Of a stretch of DNA of 64,000 nucleotides, positions 17,924 to 25,123 are shown piece after piece. Source of the stretch: Gemmatimonadota bacterium (GTDB taxonomy: Bacteria > Gemmatimonadota > Gemmatimonadetes > Gemmatimonadales > Gemmatimonadaceae). The DNA lies in contig JAHFCT010000002.1 in the NCBI GenBank assembly GCA_023249375.1, forward strand, positions 60,202 to 124,201. Direction: 5' to 3'. Both the position numbers and the translations under genes were made by a program. The notes beneath the pieces were generated by a model. The model had not been told where the DNA came from, ran no database searches, and worked only from the letters and a program-made list of their open reading frames with translations. Positions within the stretch are counted from its first letter, which is position 1, and each line of letters starts with the position of its first letter.

Positions 17924-19359
17924 GGCGCACCCACCAGTGCACTCGCCACCGCAGCGCGGTCCACGCGAACCTCATGGACGCGCCCAGCGAACACAACGAG
18001 CATCCGATGCGCGATTGGCAGCAATTCGTCTATGTCGGCTGAGTAGACCACCACGGCGGCGCCCGCACCGGCACTTGCGACGAGTTCTCGTAGGACGTGT
18101 TCGGTGGCGCGGATATCCAATCCACGCACAGGATTCTCCGCGACCACCAGCGATGGATGTTTGTCGAGTTCTCGCCCGACGACGAACTTTTGCTGGTTGC
18201 CACCCGACAACTCACCGACGCGCGCGACGGGAGACGGAGCGCGCACATCATGTCGTTGCATGATGCCGGCGGTCTGCACGTCGAGCACCGACCAGTGCAT
18301 ACGTCCAGTTCGGCCCGCCGCATCACGAAGCGCCACGTTCTCGGTCAGCGTGAACTCCTCGATGACGGCATCCCGCAGACGGTCTTCCGGTACAAACCCA
18401 ATCGCCGTCGGCACGTTCACCGTACCTGCACTCGGCGTCAGTCGTCCGGCGAGGAGCCGAAGGAGTTCGTGCACACCAGACCCCTCGACCCCGGCGAGAC
18501 CGATGATCTCACCGGCAAAGCACTCAACCGACGCGTCACGAATCCGCTCCACGCCGCGCGCATCGCGTGCACTCACGCCATGAAGGCGGGCCACGAGCGC
18601 GCCACGGGCCCCTGCCGCGCGAGTAACCGCGGAGGCCGGCGCGCTGGCATCATCACCTGTGACGGCACGCACCAACACGGCAATGCCAACGTCAGCGGCG
18701 CGAGACGTGTGCACGCACCGACCGCGGCGCAGCACGGTGACATCGTCGGCCGCGGCAACGGCCTCCTGCAGCTTGTGCGTCACGAGCACGGCCGTTCCGC
18801 CCGAAGCCACGAATCGGCGAAGCCAGGCAAAGAGTTCGTCCGACTCCCGGGGTGTGAGCACCGCAGTCGGCTCGTCCAGAATCAGCGTGTGCGCATCGCT
18901 GTACAGCGCCTTGAGTATCTCAACACGTTGCTGTGCTCCAACGCCGAGCGTGTCCACGCGAGCGTGTGGGTCCACCGCCAATCCGGTGTGCTCTGAGAGC
19001 TGCTGCACTCGTGCCGCCACATGTCGTATGTTAAGCAGACCATGCCCTCCAAGGGCGATGTTCTCCGCGGCCGTCATGGCGGGCACCAGTGTGAAATGCT
19101 GGTGCACCATCCCGAGTCCGCGGGCAATGGCGTCGGCGCTCGATGTCAGCGCTGTGGGCGCGCCACCGATGGCAATGGTCCCTCCATTGGCGCGCATCAT
19201 CCCGAAGGCGATGCGCATAAGCGTGCTCTTGCCGGCTCCGTTCTCGCCGAGCACCGCGTGCAGCGTGCCGCGGCGGACCTCCAATGACGCGCTCGACAAC
19301 GCCTGAACCGCGCCGAACCGCTTGTCGATCGCGTGAAGGGTAAGGGCGCTGTCGCTCAC
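17920..19359 (-). CDS. ABC transporter ATP-binding protein with duplicated ABC domains
   Basis: Walker A is GENGAGKST, Walker B is LILDEPT, and the second domain has the signature LSGGNQQK. The start is proposed at the GTG at 19357-19359, which overlaps the Nif3 stop as GTGA. The track ATG at 19389 would overlap Nif3 by 34 nt. Confidence 0.9.
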   Translation of the reverse strand: MSDSALTLHAIDKRFGAVQALSSASLEVRRGTLHAVLGENGAGKSTLMRIAFGMMRANGGTIAIGGAPTALTSSADAIARGLGMVHQHFTLVPAMTAAENIALGGHGLLNIRHVAARVQQLSEHTGLAVDPHARVDTLGVGAQQRVEILKALYSDAHTLILDEPTAVLTPRESDELFAWLRRFVASGGTAVLVTHKLQEAVAAADDVTVLRRGRCVHTSRAADVGIAVLVRAVTGDDASAPASAVTRAAGARGALVARLHGVSARDARGVERIRDASVECFAGEIIGLAGVEGSGVHELLRLLAGRLTPSAGTVNVPTAIGFVPEDRLRDAVIEEFTLTENVALRDAAGRTGRMHWSVLDVQTAGIMQRHDVRAPSPVARVGELSGGNQQKFVVGRELDKHPSLVVAENPVRGLDIRATEHVLRELVASAGAGAAVVVYSADIDELLPIAHRMLVVFAGRVHEVRVDRAAVASALVGAP

Positions 19360-20129
19360 AGCCCTGTTGGGGCCGCCACGAAGCTCCACGGCACTCCGGC
19401 GCGGTCCGCCATCCAGGCGGCCAGCGCCTGCACCCCAAGCGTCTCGGTGGCATAGTGACCCGCATACACGATCACCAAACCCTTCTCTTGGGCGTCAACC
19501 GCGCTCCAGTGCGGACCTTCGCCGGTGATGATCGTATCAAGCCCGAGGTCAACGGCTTCACGCATCGTCTCTGCGTTAATCCCGGCCCCGGTGACGACTC
19601 CCCACCGCAAGGTGCGCCGGCCCGTGATGAACGGAGAGGCGACCGCCTGCCCTCCATGCGCACGCGCAAAGCGATCACATGCGACAACGAGAGCGGCCGT
19701 GGAAAGATCAGCCGCGCCCTGCACGCCGCAGAAGATCGCCTGGTAACGTGCAAACCCGCCGGCAGGTTCGAGTCCAAGCGAGCGAGCCAGCAGGAACGAG
19801 TTGCCCATCGTTTCGTGAGCGTCGAGCGGCAAATGCGCGGCATACAGCGCGATGTCGTGTTCGAGCAGGGCACGGACACGTGCGAGGTGTGCGCCAGTGA
19901 GAGTTTGCAGGCCTCCCCAAAACAGGCCGTGATGCACGACCAGCAGGTTGGCGCCACCATCAATGGCGCCCTGAATCGTGCGTTGCGAGCAGTCGACCGC
20001 GGCGGCGATGCGCGCCACCGGCGACGTGTTGTCTACCTGCAACCCGTTCAAGGCCGGCGCGTAATCCGGCGTTTCACGGCAGCGCAACAACTCATCAGCC
20101 AACTGCGCAAGCTCGGTGGCGCTCGTCAT
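19356..20129 (-). CDS. Nif3-like dinuclear metal centre protein (YbgI family)
   Basis: The family pattern is LLVVHHGLFWGG ... AAHLPLDAH ... GHYATE. Its start overlaps the stop of the BMP binding-protein gene (ATGA). Confidence 0.85.
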   Translation of the reverse strand: MTSATELAQLADELLRCRETPDYAPALNGLQVDNTSPVARIAAAVDCSQRTIQGAIDGGANLLVVHHGLFWGGLQTLTGAHLARVRALLEHDIALYAAHLPLDAHETMGNSFLLARSLGLEPAGGFARYQAIFCGVQGAADLSTAALVVACDRFARAHGGQAVASPFITGRRTLRWGVVTGAGINAETMREAVDLGLDTIITGEGPHWSAVDAQEKGLVIVYAGHYATETLGVQALAAWMADRAGVPWSFVAAPTGL

Positions 20130-21151
20130 TTTTCCTCCGGCGCTCGCGGCGAGGCAGGCGGAGCAAACGTGCCCGCTTGCATCTGGTGCTCGACGGAATC
20201 AACCAACTGAAGCGTTCGTGGCGGCACCACGCTCCGCAATTGCGGATTCAGCACCCATTTCATCACACCGCTGCGCGTGTCAAGCACGTGTGCGCGGGCC
20301 GTGAACTTGCCGCTCTTGACCTCACGGGCAAGCGACATGAACGCATTTGGCAGGTCGATTACCACCGAGCCAAGGGTAACGGTCGGGGCCACGTTATTCT
20401 GGTTCGAGTTCGAACCGATGATGAACACATGTGGCGTTTCCTTGGCAGCCTGGAAGATGCCGAGGCCGGCCGCGTCGGCATTCTGGTAGATGACATCGGC
20501 GCCACGGGCGATCTGGGCGAGCGCCTGCTCCTTACCGGCCCCCGCATCGTCCCAGTTGCCTATGTACGCCGTGAGCACCTTCGCGTTCGGGTTGACGACA
20601 TGTACGGCCTGCGAGAATGCGTCAAAGCCTGCTCGTACCGGCGGCAGTTCCGTTCCACCAATGCACCCGATGATGCCTGACTTGCTCACGCTCGCGGCAA
20701 CGAGCCCTGCGAGATAGGACGGTTGCTCGAACGCGAACGACATTGCCACAACATTGGCGCTACTGCGTGTTCCGCCGGTGGTAACAAAGATCGTCTTGGG
20801 AAAGTCCGGCGCGACGCGCGCGGCGGCGTCTTGAAATTCGAATCCGTGACCGAAGACCAGGGAGTACCCCTTTGCCCCGTACTGGCGGAAGTTCTCATCA
20901 AACTCGGCCGGCGTCTTGGTCTGGATGTGACTGACCTGCGCGCCGAGTGAGTCATGAATTCGCATCAGACCTTCGTATGCACCCCCGTTCCACGACTGGT
21001 CCGATATCGGCCCTGGAGTCAATAGGGCAACAGTGAATGTCTCTGGCGAGACAGCGTCACGGCTTCCACTGGGAGCCGCGCAAGCGCCAGAACCACCAAC
21101 AACGATGTTGAAAAAACAGAGCGACTGAAGAAAACGACGAGTATTCGGCAT
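20126..21151 (-). CDS. BMP family (PnrA/Med-like) ABC transporter substrate-binding lipoprotein
   Basis: The signal peptide ends at a Cys (GSGACAAPSG). The fold looks like Bmp/PnrA (VALLTPGPISDQSWNGGAYEG). It is the first gene of the operon. Confidence 0.88.
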   Translation of the reverse strand: MPNTRRFLQSLCFFNIVVGGSGACAAPSGSRDAVSPETFTVALLTPGPISDQSWNGGAYEGLMRIHDSLGAQVSHIQTKTPAEFDENFRQYGAKGYSLVFGHGFEFQDAAARVAPDFPKTIFVTTGGTRSSANVVAMSFAFEQPSYLAGLVAASVSKSGIIGCIGGTELPPVRAGFDAFSQAVHVVNPNAKVLTAYIGNWDDAGAGKEQALAQIARGADVIYQNADAAGLGIFQAAKETPHVFIIGSNSNQNNVAPTVTLGSVVIDLPNAFMSLAREVKSGKFTARAHVLDTRSGVMKWVLNPQLRSVVPPRTLQLVDSVEHQMQAGTFAPPASPRAPEEK

Positions 21152-21263
21152 TTATAACTATATTAAATACACTGTGTTACAATGTAAAAAGAAACAAATG
21201 TCGCGTACTGTTTTCCTGTGTTGAAAACTCAGCTATTTGAATGGTCTGGCTGTCGATTGAAAA

Positions 21264-21689
21264 CTAGTTGCCGGCTGCTGACTGGCGATCCTGTGGTCCT
21301 TGTGAGCCGACCAACCGAATCTCCTGCATCCGTACGGTGCCGTTGATACGAGCGCCTTCCAGCACGACAATCGACTTGGTATCGATGTCACCGTTCACGA
21401 TAGCGCTTCCCTGAAGCTCAAGCCGTTCGTCAGCAACGATGGCTCCATCTACGGCGCCGCCAATGACAACCTCGCCGGCGTGGACGTTGCCGTGAATTGC
21501 ACCGTTTCTGCCCAGCATCATTTGGCGCGCGCCAACCACCGAACCATCAATGCGTCCATCGACCTTAAGGGTGCCGGTTGTCTCGATATCGCCGGTAATC
21601 CGCATGCCGGCTGAGATGATCGACAACGCCGCTTCCGGCGGACCGCCGCGGCTGTCGCTCTTGTCGCTGTCCTTCCTGAGAAGTGACAT
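21264..21689 (-). CDS. bactofilin (polymer-forming cytoskeletal protein)
   Basis: The repetitive beta-helix pattern is MRITGDIETTGTLKVDGRIDGSVVGARQMMLGRNGAIHGNVHAGEVVIGGAVDGAIVADERLELQGSAIVNGDIDTKSIVVLEGARINGTV. Confidence 0.88.
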   Translation of the reverse strand: MSLLRKDSDKSDSRGGPPEAALSIISAGMRITGDIETTGTLKVDGRIDGSVVGARQMMLGRNGAIHGNVHAGEVVIGGAVDGAIVADERLELQGSAIVNGDIDTKSIVVLEGARINGTVRMQEIRLVGSQGPQDRQSAAGN

Positions 21690-21707
21690 GGAATCCCCTG
21701 TCGTGCG

Positions 21708-22313
21708 TCAATGCGCGGTGAGTGATTTCGTGACGGACGTTGTGTCGGACAGCTTTCGTGGACTGCTCTCAGGTGCTTTGCTCGCTGGTTTAGCCGGCGC
21801 CTTGTCAGCGGCTTTGTCGGGCGTCTTGCCCAGGGGCCTTGCCGGCGGTGCTGTCGGCGGTGCTGTCGGCGGTTTTGTCGGCGGTTTTGTCGGCGGTTTT
21901 GTCGACTCTGCCGTGGACTTCATTTCCGCGCCAGGAGCCGCTTGCGCCGGTTTCGTCGACGCACTCAACATCTGTTGCACCTGATCATAGCGCCGTTGCA
22001 GCTGTTCGAGCGTTGCCTGCAGTGTGTCGATTTTCGCCGCGTCCTTCTCGAGGTGCGCAATCCGCCGCGTGAGAAATGGAACCCGCGCGGTCTGCACCGC
22101 AAAGTACCCCCAGCTGAGCACCGTGGCTGTCAGTATGATGGCGAACCATCTGGACGCGACCAAGCGCAGCGCCTGCACCTGCCACGGGCTCAGCACCAGT
22201 GTACGATGGGCGAGTCCGCTCGCTCGCTGCACGTGAATGAACATGTCTCCCCAGCCACGGCCAAATACGTTGCCGTGACTTCCGCCAGCCTCGTCGCGCT
22301 CTGGTGCGGTCAT
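21708..22313 (-). CDS. hypothetical single-pass membrane protein with coiled-coil and a TKPP/TAPP low-complexity tail
   Basis: The ATG overlaps the parB stop by 4 nt. The TM is WFAIILTATVLSWGYFAV and the coiled-coil-like segment is HLEKDAAKIDTLQATLEQLQRRYDQVQQML. The tail is rich in Pro, Lys, Ala and Thr. I recognise no catalytic domain. Confidence 0.65.
   Translation of the reverse strand: MTAPERDEAGGSHGNVFGRGWGDMFIHVQRASGLAHRTLVLSPWQVQALRLVASRWFAIILTATVLSWGYFAVQTARVPFLTRRIAHLEKDAAKIDTLQATLEQLQRRYDQVQQMLSASTKPAQAAPGAEMKSTAESTKPPTKPPTKPPTAPPTAPPARPLGKTPDKAADKAPAKPASKAPESSPRKLSDTTSVTKSLTAH
21844..21903. repeat. five tandem 12-nt units (GGCGGTGCTGTC x2, GGCGGTTTTGTC x3)
   Basis: The repeat is visible directly in the sequence. 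On the minus strand it encodes TKPP x3 followed by TAPP x2, inside the 21708-22313 CDS. Confidence 0.9.
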
Positions 22314-23227
22314 GCGATGTCTTGCCCGGCGCCTTCCAGCAGCAACTCGAGCAGGCGCGAGAGGTCCTCGTTGGTGTAGAATGACAGACCGATCTGTCCT
22401 TGCGCCTTGCCGGTTAGCGTGAGTTTCACGTCAGTCTGGAATTTCCGCCGCAAGCGCTCTTCGATGTTACGGGCTTCCGCCGTCTGCGTTTCGCCTGCCT
22501 TTGATGCCGCCTGTTTGCGTGTTCGTGCGCGTCCGCCGGTCGCTTCGCGCACGCGCTGCTCCACCTCGCGGACACTCAGGCCTTCGGCAACGACGATCTT
22601 GGCGAGGTCTGCAATGCGAATGTCGTCGCCAAGTGAGAGCAGCGCGCGCGCATGTCCGAGGGAGATGGCACCCTCGCGGACCTGGCGGCGCACCGAAGCA
22701 GGCAGCCCAAGCAAACGAAGCATGTTCGCAACGGTCGATCGGTCTTTTCCGACGATGTCCGCCGTTTCTTGTTGCGTGAGCGAGAACGACGACATCAGGT
22801 GCTGGTAGCCTTCGGCTTCTTCAATCGGGTTGAGGTCGGTCCGCTGTAGATTCTCAACGAGCGCCAAAGTGAGAAGTTCCTTGTCGTTAATCTCGCGAAC
22901 CACAGCGGGAATCTCAGTCCAGTTGAGTCGCTGCGCGGCTCGAAAACGTCGCTCGCCGGTGACGAGTTCGTATCCTGCACCAGATGGTGCTGGACGCACG
23001 GTGACAGGCTGGATCAGTCCATTGACGCGCAAGGACGCTTCGAGATCCGCAAGCTGATCCTCACGAAACTCCTTGCGGGGCTGCATGGAGTTCGGTCGAA
23101 TCTGCGCCAAGGGGATCTTGCGCAGCCCGTCACGATCACCAGTCTGGCGGGGAACGTCGTTCCGCGAGGATGGGCGACTCGAAAGAAGTGCTTCGAGGCC
23201 TCTTCCAAGGCGTGGTTTGTCAGTCAT
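22310..23227 (-). CDS. parB: chromosome partitioning protein ParB
   Basis: The N-terminus is MTDKPRLGRGLEALLS. The ParB box ENLQRTDLNPIEEAEGY and an HTH region are present. It lies downstream of parA. Confidence 0.93.
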   Translation of the reverse strand: MTDKPRLGRGLEALLSSRPSSRNDVPRQTGDRDGLRKIPLAQIRPNSMQPRKEFREDQLADLEASLRVNGLIQPVTVRPAPSGAGYELVTGERRFRAAQRLNWTEIPAVVREINDKELLTLALVENLQRTDLNPIEEAEGYQHLMSSFSLTQQETADIVGKDRSTVANMLRLLGLPASVRRQVREGAISLGHARALLSLGDDIRIADLAKIVVAEGLSVREVEQRVREATGGRARTRKQAASKAGETQTAEARNIEERLRRKFQTDVKLTLTGKAQGQIGLSFYTNEDLSRLLELLLEGAGQDIA

Positions 23228-23286
23228 GAAAGCAAAGAATGAGTAAAATGTCGTTATAGTGGCGCTATAGTGACCTGATAACTGCT

Positions 23287-24072
23287 CTATGAAGAAGGCG
23301 ATTCTGCAAGAGTACGTTCAATCAACTCCTTCGCGACTCCCATATACGCTTGGGCTCCCACTGACGCTAGGTCATAGAGGATGATCGGCTTGCCGAAGCT
23401 CGGAGCTTCCGCCAGTCGAACATTCCGTGGAACTACATTCTTGAAGACCTTTGCACCAAAGTACTCGCGGGCATCCGCCGCGACCTGACGAGAGAGATTC
23501 AGCCGCGCGTCGTACATCGTGAGAACGACACCTTCAATTCCAAGCGAAGGATTCACGCCCTGTTGCACGAGAGTCACTGTATTCAGCAGCTGGCTGAGTC
23601 CCTCGAGCGCATAGTATTCGCACTGCAGTGGAATCAGCACCGCGTCAGCCGCCGCCAGCATGTTCAACGTGATAAGCCCCAGCGAAGGCGGACAATCGAT
23701 TAATACGAAATCAAACCCATCCGCCACCCGCTCAAGCGCTCGGCGCATCGACAAGTCGCGATCTTCTTTCTCCACCAGTTCCACCTCGGCGCCCGCCAAA
23801 TCCGGCGTTGCCGGAAGCACGCTGAGAAACCGGAACTGAACCTCTGGCAGAACCGCTTGGTCGATCGCGGTTGGATCCAGGAGCACGTCGTACGTGGTGA
23901 GTCTGAGGTCGTCCCGGGTAAGACCGATGCCACTCGTGGCATTTCCTTGAGGGTCGCCGTCAACGAGCAGCACATGCTGCTCAGCTGCAGCTAGGCTGGC
24001 GGCGAGGTTTACCGCGGTCGTCGTCTTGCCGACGCCGCCCTTCTGGTTAGCGATGGCGATGATTCGTGCCAC
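23287..24072 (-). CDS. parA: chromosome partitioning ATPase ParA (Soj)
   Basis: The deviant Walker A KGGVGKTT is present (MARIIAIANQKGGVGKTTTAVNLA). The start is the GTG at 24070-24072. Confidence 0.95.
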   Translation of the reverse strand: MARIIAIANQKGGVGKTTTAVNLAASLAAAEQHVLLVDGDPQGNATSGIGLTRDDLRLTTYDVLLDPTAIDQAVLPEVQFRFLSVLPATPDLAGAEVELVEKEDRDLSMRRALERVADGFDFVLIDCPPSLGLITLNMLAAADAVLIPLQCEYYALEGLSQLLNTVTLVQQGVNPSLGIEGVVLTMYDARLNLSRQVAADAREYFGAKVFKNVVPRNVRLAEAPSFGKPIILYDLASVGAQAYMGVAKELIERTLAESPSS

Positions 24073-24104
24073 TGTCCGGGAGACTCCAACTAGGGTAGAA
24101 ACAG

Positions 24105-24131
24105 ACGGGAGGCCGAATATTGGCCTCCCGT
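24105..24131 (-). terminator. hairpin downstream of the SIMPL-domain gene and upstream of parA
   Basis: ACGGGAGGCC and GGCCTCCCGT form a 10-bp stem with a 7-nt AT-rich loop. On the minus strand it is followed by CTGTTTCT. Confidence 0.5.
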
Positions 24132-24152
24132 CGTCTCAAGCGCCAGCGTATT

Positions 24153-24168
24153 TGTTTCACGTGGAACA
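24153..24168. promoter_or_regulatory. parS centromere-like site
   Basis: TGTTTCACGTGGAACA is the reverse complement of the consensus parS TGTTCCACGTGAAACA, a 16/16 match. It lies 81 nt upstream of the parA start. Confidence 0.85.
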
Positions 24169-24217
24169 CCGCAGGCCCAGTACCTAGTTCGCATCGCCGC
24201 TAGAGTCTTCAGACAGT

Positions 24218-24955
24218 CTATTTCTTCTCAACGACTGTCCATCGCACGGTAACCGTCTCTGTCACTTTGAGTTCCCCCGGAACGACAGGTGTTGGCGCAG
24301 CCATGGCCAGCCTCGTCGAGCGCACCGCATCGACACTCATCATCACTGGGAAGTCGGATGGAGCTGCACCGGAAATTTCGAGAAGCAAGCCGAGTTGATA
24401 GCCGGCTGCGCGCGCCATCGCCTCCGCATCGAGTTTGGCAGCAACCACGGCTTTGGCCAGCGCATCTCGGCGCGCTTCAGCGGCTTTCGATGAATAGAAC
24501 TGCAGGCCGGCGATCCCGGTCGCGCCTTTGGCTAGAGCCGCGTCTATCAAGACTCCAGCCTGCTCAAGCTTGAGTACCTCGACACGGACGGAGTTTCTGG
24601 CAAAGTAGCCGGTGACCTTTGGCGGTTGCCCCTGCCCTGGGTATGTCATCTCCGGAGTCACCTGCAGACTGGCCGACTGGATCTGTTCAGGAGCTAGACC
24701 TATCCGCTGAATTGTGTCGAGCACCGCACGTTGGCGCCGGCCATTCTCGGCGGCGGCGGCTGCTGCTGTCGCTGCCCTGGTTTCCACGCTGAACTCGAGT
24801 CGAACTCGATCGGGCTTCAGCTCCACCTCTCCACGACCGATGGTCACCACCTGCGGAACGATCGATGTGGCCTGTTGCGCAGCCATCGGTATCGACGCGA
24901 GGGTAAGGCCAAGCACGGAAAGCACCGACACACGGACGAAATCCGACGGGAACAT
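24218..24955 (-). CDS. SIMPL domain-containing periplasmic protein (DUF541)
   Basis: A signal peptide is followed by the SIMPL pattern (ITVTGRGEVELKPDRVRLEFSVE ... KAVVAAKLDAEAMARAAG). The start was set to the ATG at 24955, which follows GGAGG. Confidence 0.8.
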   Translation of the reverse strand: MFPSDFVRVSVLSVLGLTLASIPMAAQQATSIVPQVVTIGRGEVELKPDRVRLEFSVETRAATAAAAAAENGRRQRAVLDTIQRIGLAPEQIQSASLQVTPEMTYPGQGQPPKVTGYFARNSVRVEVLKLEQAGVLIDAALAKGATGIAGLQFYSSKAAEARRDALAKAVVAAKLDAEAMARAAGYQLGLLLEISGAAPSDFPVMMSVDAVRSTRLAMAAPTPVVPGELKVTETVTVRWTVVEKK

Positions 24956-25010
24956 GGAAACCTCCAAAAGCGCTATTGGGGATTTATTAGTTTCAATGTG
25001 ATACTAATAA

Positions 25011-25050
25011 ACAGGGCTCTGGGAAGCACACGGACGAATACGAGCCCTGT
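25011..25050 (-). terminator. weak hairpin downstream of the 25124-27295 gene
   Basis: ACAGGGCTC and GAGCCCTGT form a 9-bp stem with a 22-nt loop. A T-rich tract follows on the minus strand (TTTATTAGTAT). Confidence 0.35.
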
Positions 25051-25123
25051 AGAGGAGACGCCATGATCGTAAAACCATGCACACCACCGGATGTCTTGGC
25101 GAGCGACCTCAGGCGACTGACCC

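Noticed and set aside
18097-19306. Plus-strand ORFs of 299, 215 and 159 aa.
   Set aside because: They are antisense to the ABC ATPase gene, which carries Walker A, Walker B and signature motifs.
22418-22433. A parS-like half site (GAGTTTCACGTCAGTC) inside the 3' part of parB.
   Set aside because: Only the left half matches and the right arm is unrelated. It is probably a chance match.
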